Positions 9,361 to 19,252 of a DNA stretch of 64,000 nucleotides are shown piece after piece. This DNA comes from an uncultured Fibrobacterota bacterium (GTDB lineage: Bacteria; Fibrobacterota; Chitinivibrionia; Chitinivibrionales; FEN-1185), in assembly GCA_963729895.1 (NCBI GenBank), contig CAVSQB010000036.1:1-64000 (forward strand). The letters are read 5' to 3'. Made by a program: the position numbers and the translations under genes. Each line of letters begins with the position of its first letter. The stretch's first letter is position 1. The notes below the pieces were generated by a model that saw nothing but the letters and a program-made list of their open reading frames with translations, was not told where the DNA came from and did not search any database.

Positions 9361-10125
9361 TCACCCCAGTTCAAACGCCCTGTCAAAATTCCTCTCCACA
9401 GCGTCGGCAAATTCCTCTTCGTCCATCTTCCTGAGTTCCGCGATTCTCCTCCCCACGAGAACAACCCACGCCGGCTGATTCGGTTTCCCCCGATGAGGCA
9501 CAGGCGCAAGATAGGGCGTGTCGGTCTCTATGAGGAGCGAGTCAAGCTGAGCGCGCGTCGCGAGGGAAACCAGCGGCGATTTTGCAAAGGTGACGATGCC
9601 GGAAAACGACACGAAATATCCGGCATCGGCAATTGCCTTCATTGTCGTCTCATCGCCCGTATAGCAGTGGAACACGGCGCGTCTGACGTGGGACGAGACG
9701 CACAGGTCAAGCGTTTGTTGTTCGCATCCTCGCGAATGTACGATTACGGGTTTGTCGAGACGTGCGGCAAGAGCGAGGTGCTTTTTGAAAAACTCGATCT
9801 GCAGGCCCAAAACAGGGTAGGAGGGATTCGTTGCATCCACGCCGGTCTCGCCCACGGCGATCACGCGGGGATCGGCCAGTATGGCCGAAAGCTCGTCCTC
9901 CCAGAAAGGCGGCACGTCTGAAACGTCGAACGGCGAAATACCCGCCGCGCCCAGAAGGCAGGGGGTCGCCGCGCATTGTCCGGCAACGGTTTTGCTTGAC
10001 GAAAGTGATGTTGCGACGTTGAGGATGCGGTGTACGCCGTTTGCCTGCGCGCCGGCGACCACCGAGCTCAGCGCGGCGTCGTCGCAGCTATCAAGATGGG
10101 CGTGGGAGTCGGTCCAGTGGCTCAT
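9361..10125 (-). CDS. tatD: TatD-family hydrolase/DNase
   Basis: DSHAHL, VGETGVD, VHSR, FHCYTG and IETDTPYLAP motifs. Confidence 0.93.
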   Translation of the reverse strand: MSHWTDSHAHLDSCDDAALSSVVAGAQANGVHRILNVATSLSSSKTVAGQCAATPCLLGAAGISPFDVSDVPPFWEDELSAILADPRVIAVGETGVDATNPSYPVLGLQIEFFKKHLALAARLDKPVIVHSRGCEQQTLDLCVSSHVRRAVFHCYTGDETTMKAIADAGYFVSFSGIVTFAKSPLVSLATRAQLDSLLIETDTPYLAPVPHRGKPNQPAWVVLVGRRIAELRKMDEEEFADAVERNFDRAFELG

Positions 10126-10137
10126 GACCAGCCGGCG

Positions 10138-11073
10138 TCAATTCCGGCCCTTGAAGACGGAATTCCATTTCGCCAGTGTCCATATTTCCGGGTTTTTCGT
10201 GAACCGGTCGAGTTTGAAAATGGCCACATCCGGCGCGTCGATTTTGAGCGGCTTGCCGTTAAAGGTGTATTCCAGAAGGCTGTTGTTTCCTACATGGATA
10301 TTGAAACTGTCCCGGGCAAAGCTGCGCCTCACCTGGTTCGGCTTGAGCCAGTTCTTCCATGACACGCCGTCGGCAAATACCTGCACCCACACCGAGTCCT
10401 TTTTTGCGCGTATCTCTATGGAAAGCGATCCCGACGAGAACGGCGTCACGGTGTCCTTTGCCGCAACGGCGGCATGCTTTGCGGTATCCGCGGGAGCGTT
10501 CGCGCTGTCGTGACGGACCATTTTCCCGATAAGGCTGTCCTCGCTTGCATCCGTCGGGGCAGCTTTGCGGCCTGCAACCAGGGCTGTGTCTGCACGCCCT
10601 GCGGTACCGGGTTTGGATTTTGGCATATCGGAACCGGCGCCAATTCTCTTATTTGCAAGAAAACTGACGAGTGCCAAGGCAACAATAACTCCGAGAATGA
10701 TCATCCAGGGCTTGATGTCCTTCTTCTTTTCTTTTTCAACCATCGTAATTGCGATTCGTGTGTCACTGCCCTTGCGGAACTTCTCATCGTGGATGCCGCG
10801 TTCTTCGTAGAACTTTTTGAGGATCGCTTCGGGATCGAGCGATAAATACTTGGCGAGTGAGCGCAGATACACCCGCACATACGGGTCGGCCGGCAAGTCG
10901 TTAAAGTCGTTGGCTTCAAGCGATCGCACATACCTGACGTTGAGTTTGAGGTCTTTGGCAATGGTCTCAAGGGCGATGCGCCTCGCGATACGCTCGTTGC
11001 GAAGCATGTCCCCCACTCGCGTGCTTTGTGGCTCGGTTTTAGCTTGGTCGTTGGGTACGTTTTCTTCAGACAT
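10138..11073 (-). CDS. RodZ-like protein (HTH, TM helix, linker, DUF4115-like C-terminus)
   Basis: VGDMLRNERIARRIALETIAKDLKL..YVRVYLRSLAKYL, single TM helix, C-terminal VWVQVFADG..VGN. Confidence 0.85.
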   Translation of the reverse strand: MSEENVPNDQAKTEPQSTRVGDMLRNERIARRIALETIAKDLKLNVRYVRSLEANDFNDLPADPYVRVYLRSLAKYLSLDPEAILKKFYEERGIHDEKFRKGSDTRIAITMVEKEKKKDIKPWMIILGVIVALALVSFLANKRIGAGSDMPKSKPGTAGRADTALVAGRKAAPTDASEDSLIGKMVRHDSANAPADTAKHAAVAAKDTVTPFSSGSLSIEIRAKKDSVWVQVFADGVSWKNWLKPNQVRRSFARDSFNIHVGNNSLLEYTFNGKPLKIDAPDVAIFKLDRFTKNPEIWTLAKWNSVFKGRN

Positions 11074-11695
11074 TCCCTGCGTCCTTTCGATTCGCATACG
11101 CCGAAAAAAGGTCGATGGTTTTTTTTACCGGCAGCCCCACCACGTTGTAGTAGCAGCCCTCTATTCTGTCGACAAACGCCATCGCTCTGCCCTGAATGGC
11201 GTACGCGCCGGCCTTGTCGCGATACTCCCCGCCCTCCAGGTAGTCGTCAATTTCCCATTGCGCAAGAGAGCGGAACAACACCGAGGTCTTTTCCGTTGCG
11301 AAGGCTGCAAAACCGCACTCCGGGCATACAAGAGCAACCGAGGTCAGCACTGCATGCGTTCGGCCGGAAAGGCGCGCGAGCATGGCCGCGGCATCTCCGG
11401 CGGTTCTTGGTTTGCCCAGTATCGCTCCGTCAATCGACACGATGGTGTCGGCGCCGAGCGCCAGCGCCTCCGGCTGCGACGCAGCCACCGAGTACGCTTT
11501 GGCACCGGCAAGTCTCTGTAACGCAGCATCAAGTGCGGATCCCGAAAAAAAAGCGCCCTCGCTTTCCACCACCGGCGCGATTACTTCAAAGACGAAACCC
11601 ATTAAAGAGAGAATGTCCCGACGCCTCGGAGATTGCGAAGCGAGAATGATGCGCCTGTCCGGGTTTCTCCACACAGAGGTAAATATACTTGTCAT
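11066..11695 (-). CDS. maf: Maf-family nucleotide pyrophosphatase
   Basis: ILASQSPRRR, LGADTIV, LGKP, DKAGAYAIQG and NVVGLP motifs. Confidence 0.95.
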   Translation of the reverse strand: MTSIFTSVWRNPDRRIILASQSPRRRDILSLMGFVFEVIAPVVESEGAFFSGSALDAALQRLAGAKAYSVAASQPEALALGADTIVSIDGAILGKPRTAGDAAAMLARLSGRTHAVLTSVALVCPECGFAAFATEKTSVLFRSLAQWEIDDYLEGGEYRDKAGAYAIQGRAMAFVDRIEGCYYNVVGLPVKKTIDLFSAYANRKDAGNV

Positions 11696-11794
11696 TCCTC
11701 ATGTCCGGCAATGTACTGAGTGAAGTGAATGAATGCACAAGCGGACGGGTTGGGAAAAATGGCTCCCGAGCGGCAAGCCGGGCCGGAGGCGTTC

Positions 11795-12784
11795 TCAGCT
11801 GAAATCGACAATGGAAGAGTCGCCAAGGTTGAGGTTGATCTTTTTTCCCTTGAGGACGGCGTTTGCACCGATAATCGAGTTCTCCAGGATGCACTCGCTC
11901 ACCGATGCATTGCTTTCGACAATGCTGTCGGCAACCTGGCACCTGGTGATTCGCGCACCCTCGGCGATGGTAACGTATGGACCGATGATAGACCGAACGA
12001 TCTCGCATGACTCGTGAATATTGACAGGCTGAATTACGATGTTATCGTTCAGCACCCGTTTTGGACAGTGGGAATTCGAGTTTCGGGGCAGCATGTACTT
12101 GTTGGTTGCCAAAAGCGCTTTCATGCCGCCGCAGTCGAACCAGCCGTCGATCATGGATGTGGTAAAGACATGGCCTTTGTCGATCATCTGCTGAAGCGCA
12201 TCGGTAAGCTGGTATTCGTGGGCGCTCTTCGTGCCATTGGATATCATGGAGATGAGTGTGGTCGCAAGCATCGCCCCATCGCGAACGAGGTACAGGCCCA
12301 CGGCAGCAAGCCCGGATTCTACATCCGGCTTTTCTACCAGTTTCTTTACCGTGCCGTTCTTGCCGGTAAACACGATGCCGAACTGGCGTGCATTGGTTTC
12401 GATTCGTTTCACCCCGAGCACGGATGTTTTCGAGGCAACGAATTTTTTGAGGTCGAAATCAAGGATCGTGTCGCCGAGAATAATGAGGATCGGAGAGTTT
12501 CCAAAATAGGGAGCCGCGCAACTGATCGCGTGCCCAAGGCCGAGCGGTTCTTTCTGGTCCACGAACCGGGTCTTAAAGACGAAGTTAGACTTGACGTATG
12601 CTCGTATCTTGTCTCCCATCGGACCTGTTACGAAAATGGCTTCTTCTATGTCGATGTCCTTTACGCACTCGAGAATGTGGCCCAGAATCGGTTTCCCCGC
12701 CACGTGCATCAGCGACTTGGGCGTCGAAAAGGTATGGGGTTGCAGCCGGGTGCCCATTCCCGCAACAGGAATTACTATTTTCAT
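11795..12784 (-). CDS. Sugar-phosphate nucleotidyltransferase with C-terminal left-handed beta helix
   Basis: IPVAGMGTRLQPHTFSTPK, PLGLGHA, LGD, EYQLTDAL, WFDCG and hexapeptide repeats. Confidence 0.9.
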   Translation of the reverse strand: MKIVIPVAGMGTRLQPHTFSTPKSLMHVAGKPILGHILECVKDIDIEEAIFVTGPMGDKIRAYVKSNFVFKTRFVDQKEPLGLGHAISCAAPYFGNSPILIILGDTILDFDLKKFVASKTSVLGVKRIETNARQFGIVFTGKNGTVKKLVEKPDVESGLAAVGLYLVRDGAMLATTLISMISNGTKSAHEYQLTDALQQMIDKGHVFTTSMIDGWFDCGGMKALLATNKYMLPRNSNSHCPKRVLNDNIVIQPVNIHESCEIVRSIIGPYVTIAEGARITRCQVADSIVESNASVSECILENSIIGANAVLKGKKINLNLGDSSIVDFS

Positions 12785-12878
12785 GATGCGATAATCCTTG
12801 GTGTGATGTCGATCGGATTTCGAACGGCGCTCATCTTCTATTAATATAAGACAGGGAACCAATACGGGAGCAAGATTT

Positions 12879-12911
12879 TCTGGGCCGCGCAAGTCTGGGC
12901 CGCGCAAGTCT
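12879..12911. repeat. 15-bp tandem duplication (TCTGGGCCGCGCAAG x2)
   Basis: Read directly at 12879-12893 and 12894-12908. Confidence 0.85.
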
Positions 12912-13062
12912 CATTTCTGTCTCGACAGGCTCAGCACGAATGGATGTGAGTGCCTCATTGACGGGGCACGATGCGAGATCGCGGCACTCCGAATAGGCCG
13001 CGGTGGTACCTCCCCGATATTCCGTTCCGTCCACGTGTCCTTCCGGTAGAGAAGCAGGCATC

Positions 13063-13842
13063 ATGCAGGAGATTCTCGAATGCGCTATTGGCGCAGCGCG
13101 TGCGGCGGGGAAGATGCTCTTGAACAAATTCGAAACCGTGCATGCCGTTGAGAAAACAAAGAACAACCTCGTTACCGAAGCGGACTTGGAATGCGAGGAA
13201 GCCATTGTCGAAGCCGTGCGAAAAAATTTTCCACGGCACTTGATTCTTGCCGAGGAACGCCACACCGGCGCCGACGTCCTTTCCGATCATCTTTGGATCA
13301 TCGATCCTCTGGACGGCACCAACAACTATGCCCACGCCATCCCGCATTTTTGCGTTTCCATTGCGTATGCCGAGGCCGGAAAACCCCTGGCAGGCGTCGT
13401 GTACGACCCTGTTCGCAACGAGCTTTTCTCTTCGATAAAGGGAAAGGGCGCGTTTCTGAATGGAAAAAGGATCGAGGTGTCCCGTACAAAGAACGTTTCC
13501 GAGTCCATCATCACCACCGGGTTCTATTACGACCGTGGCAAGCTTATGGAAAGGACCTTGGAGTCAATCCATTCTCTTTTCAAGGCGGATATCCGGGGCA
13601 TTCGAAGGCTTGGCAGCGCGGCCCTTGACTTATGCTGGGTAGCATGCGGCCGGTTCGACGGGTATTTCGAGTACCGGCTCTCGCCATGGGATTTTGCAGC
13701 GGGAATGCTTCTGGTGAGGGAAGCGGGGGGAAGGTGCTGCGACAGGGAAGGGCGGGAGCTGGAGTTGTCCAGCAAGAGCGTGGTTGCATCGAACGGGAAG
13801 ATACATGATGAGTTCGTGAGGATCGTAAAGTGGAGGGAATGA
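13063..13842 (+). CDS. suhB: Inositol monophosphatase
   Basis: LVTEAD, WIIDPLDGTNNY, RRLGSAALDL and WDFAAG motifs. Confidence 0.93.
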   Translation: MQEILECAIGAARAAGKMLLNKFETVHAVEKTKNNLVTEADLECEEAIVEAVRKNFPRHLILAEERHTGADVLSDHLWIIDPLDGTNNYAHAIPHFCVSIAYAEAGKPLAGVVYDPVRNELFSSIKGKGAFLNGKRIEVSRTKNVSESIITTGFYYDRGKLMERTLESIHSLFKADIRGIRRLGSAALDLCWVACGRFDGYFEYRLSPWDFAAGMLLVREAGGRCCDREGRELELSSKSVVASNGKIHDEFVRIVKWRE

Positions 13843-13923
13843 CAGAACGCACTATCGCTTTCTAAACAGCGAGAGGATCGCTCCAGCGAACCTCTCATGA
13901 ATTGCCACCAGCTTACATCGTTC

Positions 13924-14487
13924 CTACAATTCCATGATTTCTTTTTCCTTAACGGCAAGCAGTTCGTCAATCGACTTGATATACTTATCCGTCAATTTCT
14001 GAATCTCGTCCTGCCCCTTTTTGCCTTCGTCCTGGGTCACCTGCTTGTCTTTCTCGCCTTTTTTAAGCTTTTCGTTCGAGTCCCGGCGAATGTTGCGAAC
14101 GGCAACCTTGCAGTCTTCGCTTATCTTCTTGCAATGCTTGAAAAGCTCGCCTCTCCGTTCCTCCGACAGCGGAGGAATGGGAAGGCGGATCACGTTGCCG
14201 TCGTTGAGCGGGTTCAGGCCGAGATCGGAAGCTTGGATAGCCTTTTCGATAGGGCCGAGCATGTTTTTTTCCCATGGCTGGATCATGATCATTCGCGCGT
14301 CGGGTATGGAAATGGCCGCGGTTTGGCTCACCGGCATAGGCGAACCGTAGTAGTCCACCGTGATGCCTTCGAGCAAAGAAGTGCTCGCCCGTCCCGTGCG
14401 CACACGAGAAAAGTCCTTCTTGAGGTTTTCTATGGTTTTCTTCATCCGCTGATCGGATTCCGCATGCACGGTGCTGGCAAAGCCCAT
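13924..14487 (-). CDS. frr: Ribosome recycling factor
   Basis: RTGRAS, VDYYGS, PPLSEERR and VRNIRRD motifs. Follows pyrH. Alternative start at 14493. Confidence 0.97.
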   Translation of the reverse strand: MGFASTVHAESDQRMKKTIENLKKDFSRVRTGRASTSLLEGITVDYYGSPMPVSQTAAISIPDARMIMIQPWEKNMLGPIEKAIQASDLGLNPLNDGNVIRLPIPPLSEERRGELFKHCKKISEDCKVAVRNIRRDSNEKLKKGEKDKQVTQDEGKKGQDEIQKLTDKYIKSIDELLAVKEKEIMEL

Positions 14488-14489
14488 AG

Positions 14490-15206
14490 TCATTCTCCCC
14501 TCTTGACAATAGTGCCGACCGGCGAGCCTTCTATGCACTTCCGAAGGTTGCCGCGTTCGAGCAACTTGAGAACCATAATTGGAATGTTGTTTTCCATGCA
14601 CAGGGACAACGCGGTCGCGTCCATGACTTTCAGGTTCTTGGCAAGTGCATCCGCGTGGGTAATGGAGGTGAACTTCTTTGCAGCCGGGTTTTTCTCCGGG
14701 TCGCTGTCGTACACGCCGTCCACCTTGGTGGCCTTGATAAGAAGGTCTGCCTTGATTTCCGCACACCGCAATGCGGCGGCGGTATCTGTAGTGAAGAACG
14801 GATTGCCCGTACCGCCTGCAACAATAACGATGGTCCCTTGTTCAAGGTGGCGCAGGGCAGGCTCGGCCACGAAGTATTCCGCTGCTTTGGGAACGGGGAT
14901 GGCGCTCATGACGCAAGCGGAGCATCCCTTTTTCTCAAGGTACTGTTTGAGAAAAAGGGAATTTATGAGAGTGGCGATCATGCCGATGGTGTCTGCCGCA
15001 GTCCTGTCGAGATCATGGGCGGCACCGCCGCGAAAAATGTTGCCCGCTCCGACGACAATGCCGATTTGCACGCCCGCATCGCTCACTTCTTTGATCTCGT
15101 CGGCAACGCGGGCCGCAATCCGGTTATCCAGACCAAAACCCTTACTACCGGCAAAAACCTCTCCCGACAGCTTGAGAAGGATTCTCTTGTAAACGGGTTT
15201 CAGCAT
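14490..15206 (-). CDS. pyrH: UMP kinase
   Basis: KRILLKLSGE, GNIFRG, GTGNPFFTTD and KVDGVY motifs. Confidence 0.97.
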   Translation of the reverse strand: MLKPVYKRILLKLSGEVFAGSKGFGLDNRIAARVADEIKEVSDAGVQIGIVVGAGNIFRGGAAHDLDRTAADTIGMIATLINSLFLKQYLEKKGCSACVMSAIPVPKAAEYFVAEPALRHLEQGTIVIVAGGTGNPFFTTDTAAALRCAEIKADLLIKATKVDGVYDSDPEKNPAAKKFTSITHADALAKNLKVMDATALSLCMENNIPIMVLKLLERGNLRKCIEGSPVGTIVKRGE

Positions 15207-15292
15207 GATCGTATCATCGACAGGCTTGTTCGAGCTACAAAACCACTACCTATGCTGCCGGAAGTTGTCACCTTGACACGGCAGCTTGGTTG

Positions 15293-16183
15293 CTATTCCT
15301 CTGCACCCAATTCAAAACGCACGAATGACATCACCCGAATCGGCGAATTGGCAGCTTTTTCCGCATCTTTTATGCGGTCGGAAACCGGGTGGTCCGGATC
15401 GCGGATGTAGGCCTGATCGAGCAGCGTGGAATCTTTGTAAAACTTGTCAAGTTTTCCTTCCACGATTTTCGGCCACACCTTTTCCGGCTTGCCGGAATTC
15501 TGCGCCTGGGTAAAATAAATTTCCTTTTCCTTTTCAACAAGCGTTGCAAAGTTCTTGTTGATGGCGTCGCGGTCAATGGCAATCGGGTTCGAGGCGGCCA
15601 CCTGCATTGCAAGGTCTTTGCCCAGTTCCGCCGTTGCCGCGGACGATGCCGCCGCCGCATCGGCGCATGACACCTTTATCAACACGCCGATTCTGCCCTC
15701 GCCGTGAACATACGAGAATATTTTCTCAGAAGGACCGGAAACGGTCTCCTTCCTGTATCTCCGGAAAGAGATGTTCTCACCGATCTTGGCCACCAGCTCC
15801 AACACGCGAGCGTCCGCCGTAATACCGCCGAACAATTCGGATGTGAGCGCCTTTGCTGCGGTAATGTCGGCAGGCTTTTTGGCGAGCAGTACCGCGCCGA
15901 GGTTCGCGATAAACGCCAGGAAATCGTCGTTCTTTGCGACAAAATCCGTTTCTGAGTTTACTTCGTAAACAATGGTGTCGGTGGCGTCTGAAACAATGGC
16001 GACTTTTCCCTGTTTCGCGGTTTTGCCGGCGCGCTTTGCGGCAGTAACCTGGCCCTGCTTGCGGAGCGACTCTATGGCAAGAGCCATGTCACCGTTCGTT
16101 TCCATAAGCGCCTTCTTGCACAGCATCATACCCAGACCGGTCTTTTCCCGCAGTTCTTTAACAACTGCTGCTGCTATCTCCAT
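15293..16183 (-). CDS. tsf: Elongation factor Ts
   Basis: VKELREKTGLGMMLCKKAL, EVNSETDFVAKN and AMQVAA motifs. Confidence 0.97.
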   Translation of the reverse strand: MEIAAAVVKELREKTGLGMMLCKKALMETNGDMALAIESLRKQGQVTAAKRAGKTAKQGKVAIVSDATDTIVYEVNSETDFVAKNDDFLAFIANLGAVLLAKKPADITAAKALTSELFGGITADARVLELVAKIGENISFRRYRKETVSGPSEKIFSYVHGEGRIGVLIKVSCADAAAASSAATAELGKDLAMQVAASNPIAIDRDAINKNFATLVEKEKEIYFTQAQNSGKPEKVWPKIVEGKLDKFYKDSTLLDQAYIRDPDHPVSDRIKDAEKAANSPIRVMSFVRFELGAEE

Positions 16184-16195
16184 GAGTTTCTCCTT

Positions 16196-17071
16196 TTACT
16201 CTTCTTCAACGAATTTGGTGATTCTCTTGCGGACAACGCGATGCTTCTTGGCTCCGGCGCCTTCGGCCTCGTCTCCCTTGAGGGTTTCTCCCACAACGGG
16301 CACTTCGAGCAGGTCTGCAATTTCCTCGGTGGCTTCCGCAGTTGCAAGTTCCGGTTTTGCCGGCTTCTCGGATTCCTCTGAAGCAAGAACTGGACCGCCG
16401 GCTTCGATGACGGCGTCGGCAACGGTCTTTGTGATGAGCTGCACGGACTTTATCGCGTCGTCGTTTCCTGGAATGGGATAATCTATTTCATCGGGATCGC
16501 AGTTGGTGTCAACAATGGCCCCGATAGGAATCTTGAGACGGCGGGCTTCCGCAATGGCAATCTGTTCTTTTATGGTGTCCACGACAAAAACAACGCGGGG
16601 AAGCTTGGTAAGGGTTCGCACGCCGCTGAGAATGACCAGAAGTTTTCCCTTCTTCTTCGCGAGTGACTGAACTTCCTTCTTGGGAAGCGCTTCCATGGTG
16701 CCGTCTTTTTCCATCGACTCAATTTTGTCAAGTTTGGAAATGCTTTGGCGGATAGTCTGAAAATTAGTGAGCATGCCGCCCAACCAGCGTTCGGTAACGT
16801 AGGGCATATTGCAGCGCGTGGCCTCTTCGCGGATGCAGTCCTTGATCTGTTTCTTGGTGCCCACAAAGAGCACGCGGCCGCCGCGCTTTACCTCTTCGCG
16901 CACGCGGTCGAGGTACGCATCGAGACCATGAAGCGTTTTGTTGAGGTCGATGATGTAAATGCCGTTTCTCGGGCACAGAATAAAACGCTGCATTTTCGGG
17001 TTCCAGCGTTTTGTCTGATGGCCGAAGTGGGTCCCTGCTTCAAGCAGGTCTTGCAGAGTGAGAGAGGACAT
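16196..17071 (-). CDS. rpsB: 30S ribosomal protein S2
   Basis: [30 protein letters not shown] and IPGNDDA motifs. Confidence 0.98.
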   Translation of the reverse strand: MSSLTLQDLLEAGTHFGHQTKRWNPKMQRFILCPRNGIYIIDLNKTLHGLDAYLDRVREEVKRGGRVLFVGTKKQIKDCIREEATRCNMPYVTERWLGGMLTNFQTIRQSISKLDKIESMEKDGTMEALPKKEVQSLAKKKGKLLVILSGVRTLTKLPRVVFVVDTIKEQIAIAEARRLKIPIGAIVDTNCDPDEIDYPIPGNDDAIKSVQLITKTVADAVIEAGGPVLASEESEKPAKPELATAEATEEIADLLEVPVVGETLKGDEAEGAGAKKHRVVRKRITKFVEEE

Positions 17072-17089
17072 GAGGAACTCCTTCTAATG

Positions 17090-17185
17090 GGTTAAGCCAC
17101 CACACTGCATCCAAACGCAAAAGATGACCCTTCCCCAATAGGGGGAAGGGCACCCGTCTCTTGCTCGCAGCGTGTGTGTAGTGAA
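17090..17185 (-). promoter_or_regulatory. Long stem-loop leader before rpsB (candidate S2 autoregulatory leader)
   Basis: Minus-strand nested pairing CACACGCTGC..CCTTCCCC-loop-GGGGAAGG..GCAGTGTG between rpsI and rpsB. S2 autoregulation through the leader is known in other bacteria. Confidence 0.55.
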
Positions 17186-17204
17186 TATGTGAAGGAAAAA
17201 GAAA

Positions 17205-17594
17205 TCAACGTTTTGAGAACTGGAACCGCCTGCGGGCTCCTGCCTGACCATACTTTTTCCGTTCGACAACGCGGGAATCACGGGTAACCAGTCCCTTCTT
17301 GCGCAGCTGCTTTCGGTATTCCTCGCTTATTTTGGCAAGAGCGCGAGAAATGCCTAGCCGGATCGCACCCGCCTGGCCGCTCAGTCCGCCGCCCTGCACA
17401 TGCGCGACCACATCGTAGGAGCTTCCCACTGCGAGCAATTCGAAGGGCTGCTCAACGTCGAGCATCAGCACTTCGCTCTTAAGATATTCTTTGATGGGAA
17501 CGCCGTTGATAACCCTTTCGCCTTTTCCCGGCTTCAGAATTACACTTGCAATCGCGGTCTTTCTTTTCCCGGTTGCCGAAAACACATTTTCCAA
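17205..17594 (-). CDS. rpsI: 30S ribosomal protein S9
   Basis: TGKRKTA, GGGLSGQAGAIRLG, ERKKYG and QFSKR motifs. TTG start. Confidence 0.98.
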   Translation of the reverse strand: MENVFSATGKRKTAIASVILKPGKGERVINGVPIKEYLKSEVLMLDVEQPFELLAVGSSYDVVAHVQGGGLSGQAGAIRLGISRALAKISEEYRKQLRKKGLVTRDSRVVERKKYGQAGARRRFQFSKR

Positions 17595-17631
17595 AGTAAT
17601 GGGCTCCTTATGAAAGGTTGAAAAAATAGCA

Positions 17632-18060
17632 CTAGATCGAGAGTTCCTTGGGCTTCTGCGACACGTGGGGATGCGAGGCTGTCTTGTAAACGTGCAGCTT
17701 CTTCATGATTGATCTGCCGAGCTTGTTTTTTGGGACCATGCCGCGCACTGCGTGGATAATGACCTGAGTCGCATCGACGGCCATCTGCTGCTTAAGAGGC
17801 CGCTGCCTTTTGCCGCCCGGATACGTTGAATGGCGGAAGTAGGTCTTGAGTTCAGGCTTCCTGCCGGTAAATTTTACCTTGTCCGCATTAATGACAATGA
17901 TATGGTCGCCATGATCCTGATTGGGTGAATAAGCGACCTTGCCTTTTCCGATAAGAATCTGCGCAAGCGTTGACGCGAGCCGGCCAACTACCTTGTTGGC
18001 GGCATCAACGACGTACCAGTCGTGGGCAATTTCGTCCGTGTTCACAACAATTGTTTTCAT
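17632..18060 (-). CDS. rplM: 50S ribosomal protein L13
   Basis: WYVVDA, GRLAS, DHGDHIIVINA and HSTYPGG motifs. Confidence 0.97.
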   Translation of the reverse strand: MKTIVVNTDEIAHDWYVVDAANKVVGRLASTLAQILIGKGKVAYSPNQDHGDHIIVINADKVKFTGRKPELKTYFRHSTYPGGKRQRPLKQQMAVDATQVIIHAVRGMVPKNKLGRSIMKKLHVYKTASHPHVSQKPKELSI

Positions 18061-18200
18061 TTCTTCCCTTACTCCATCGAAGAATCCCGTTTTTGGTTCC
18101 GTATAGTGCCCCGTAATATATAACATAAATGAATTATGTGTCAATATGTATATTACTACCCATTGTTTTGACTCATGAAAAGGGGCTCCGGGCGGCGCTC

Positions 18201-19139
18201 ATGATCCGAGAATTCCATCACCAAGATTTCCTGCCTCTTGCGTTGCTGGCCCAAAAAAAGCGATCCTCCAACACCACCGTTAGCCTTGTAATCCCTACGC
18301 TCAACGAAGCGAAAACCGTACGTTATATTATTGAAAAAGCAAGAAAAGAACTTATTGAGGATGTGCGTTTGCTCGACGAAATCATTGTCATGGACAGCAG
18401 TTCCTCGGACGCAACCGCCGAAATTGCCGGAAAGGCAGGGGCCGCCGTTTACAATGTTCCGGATGTCGCTCCACAACATCCAACCCCGCCGGGCAAGGGA
18501 AGTGCACTGTGGAAAGCGCAATTTGTCGCGGCAGGTGATATCATTGTTTGCGTGGACGCGGACATCAGCAATTTTCAATCCCATTTTATTTACGGGCTCA
18601 TAGGCCCGTTCCTTCTGGACCGAGACATCATCTTTGCAAAGGCTTTCTACAACCGGCCTCTCGTGCTTGAAAACCGTGTCTTCGAAAATTACGGGGCCAG
18701 AGTGACCGAAATACTCGTCAGGCCCTTGCTGTGTGCGTTCGCCCCGGAGCTCGCGGAGATCTATCAACCCCTGTCGGGCGAGTACGCGTTTAGGCGAAAA
18801 CCCGTTGAGCAGATTCCATTTTCTTCCGGCTATGGCGTGGAAATAGGAATGATTTTCGACATCAGCCGTACGTTCGGACTCTCGAAGTTTGTCCAGGTGG
18901 ACATGGGAACCCGGTGCCACAGGAACAGGCCCGTGAGCGAACTATCTCGCATGGCTCTTGGAATAATTCAGACGGTTTTCCGGAGACTCGAGCGGGAAGG
19001 CGCGCTAACCCTTCGGAGTCCCATCGCACATACCATGATTTCCCGGGGCCCCAACGGAATTGAACGGACTTCAACCGACGAGATAGAACTTCCCGGCAAA
19101 GCATATTTGGATGGCTTGGAACAACGGAAGATAGGATGA
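18201..19139 (+). CDS. gpgS: Glucosyl-3-phosphoglycerate synthase-like glycosyltransferase
   Basis: IPTLNEA, GKGSALW, DAD, GARVTEILVRPL, QPLSGEYA, GYGVEIG and RCHRNRP motifs. Confidence 0.85.
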   Translation: MIREFHHQDFLPLALLAQKKRSSNTTVSLVIPTLNEAKTVRYIIEKARKELIEDVRLLDEIIVMDSSSSDATAEIAGKAGAAVYNVPDVAPQHPTPPGKGSALWKAQFVAAGDIIVCVDADISNFQSHFIYGLIGPFLLDRDIIFAKAFYNRPLVLENRVFENYGARVTEILVRPLLCAFAPELAEIYQPLSGEYAFRRKPVEQIPFSSGYGVEIGMIFDISRTFGLSKFVQVDMGTRCHRNRPVSELSRMALGIIQTVFRRLEREGALTLRSPIAHTMISRGPNGIERTSTDEIELPGKAYLDGLEQRKIG

Positions 19140-19252
19140 CAACGAGAACTCTTTAGAATGGCGCGTGTCGCGTACGCGCTGTTCTCGCCGAACAAACGTA
19201 AAGGCATTTACTGCAGTATTCACTCTTACCATAAATAAGGGAAGCGGCCAGG

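Noticed and set aside
12918..12935. TCGACAGGCTCAG REP-like half motif
   Set aside because: Single partial copy with no complementary arm nearby.
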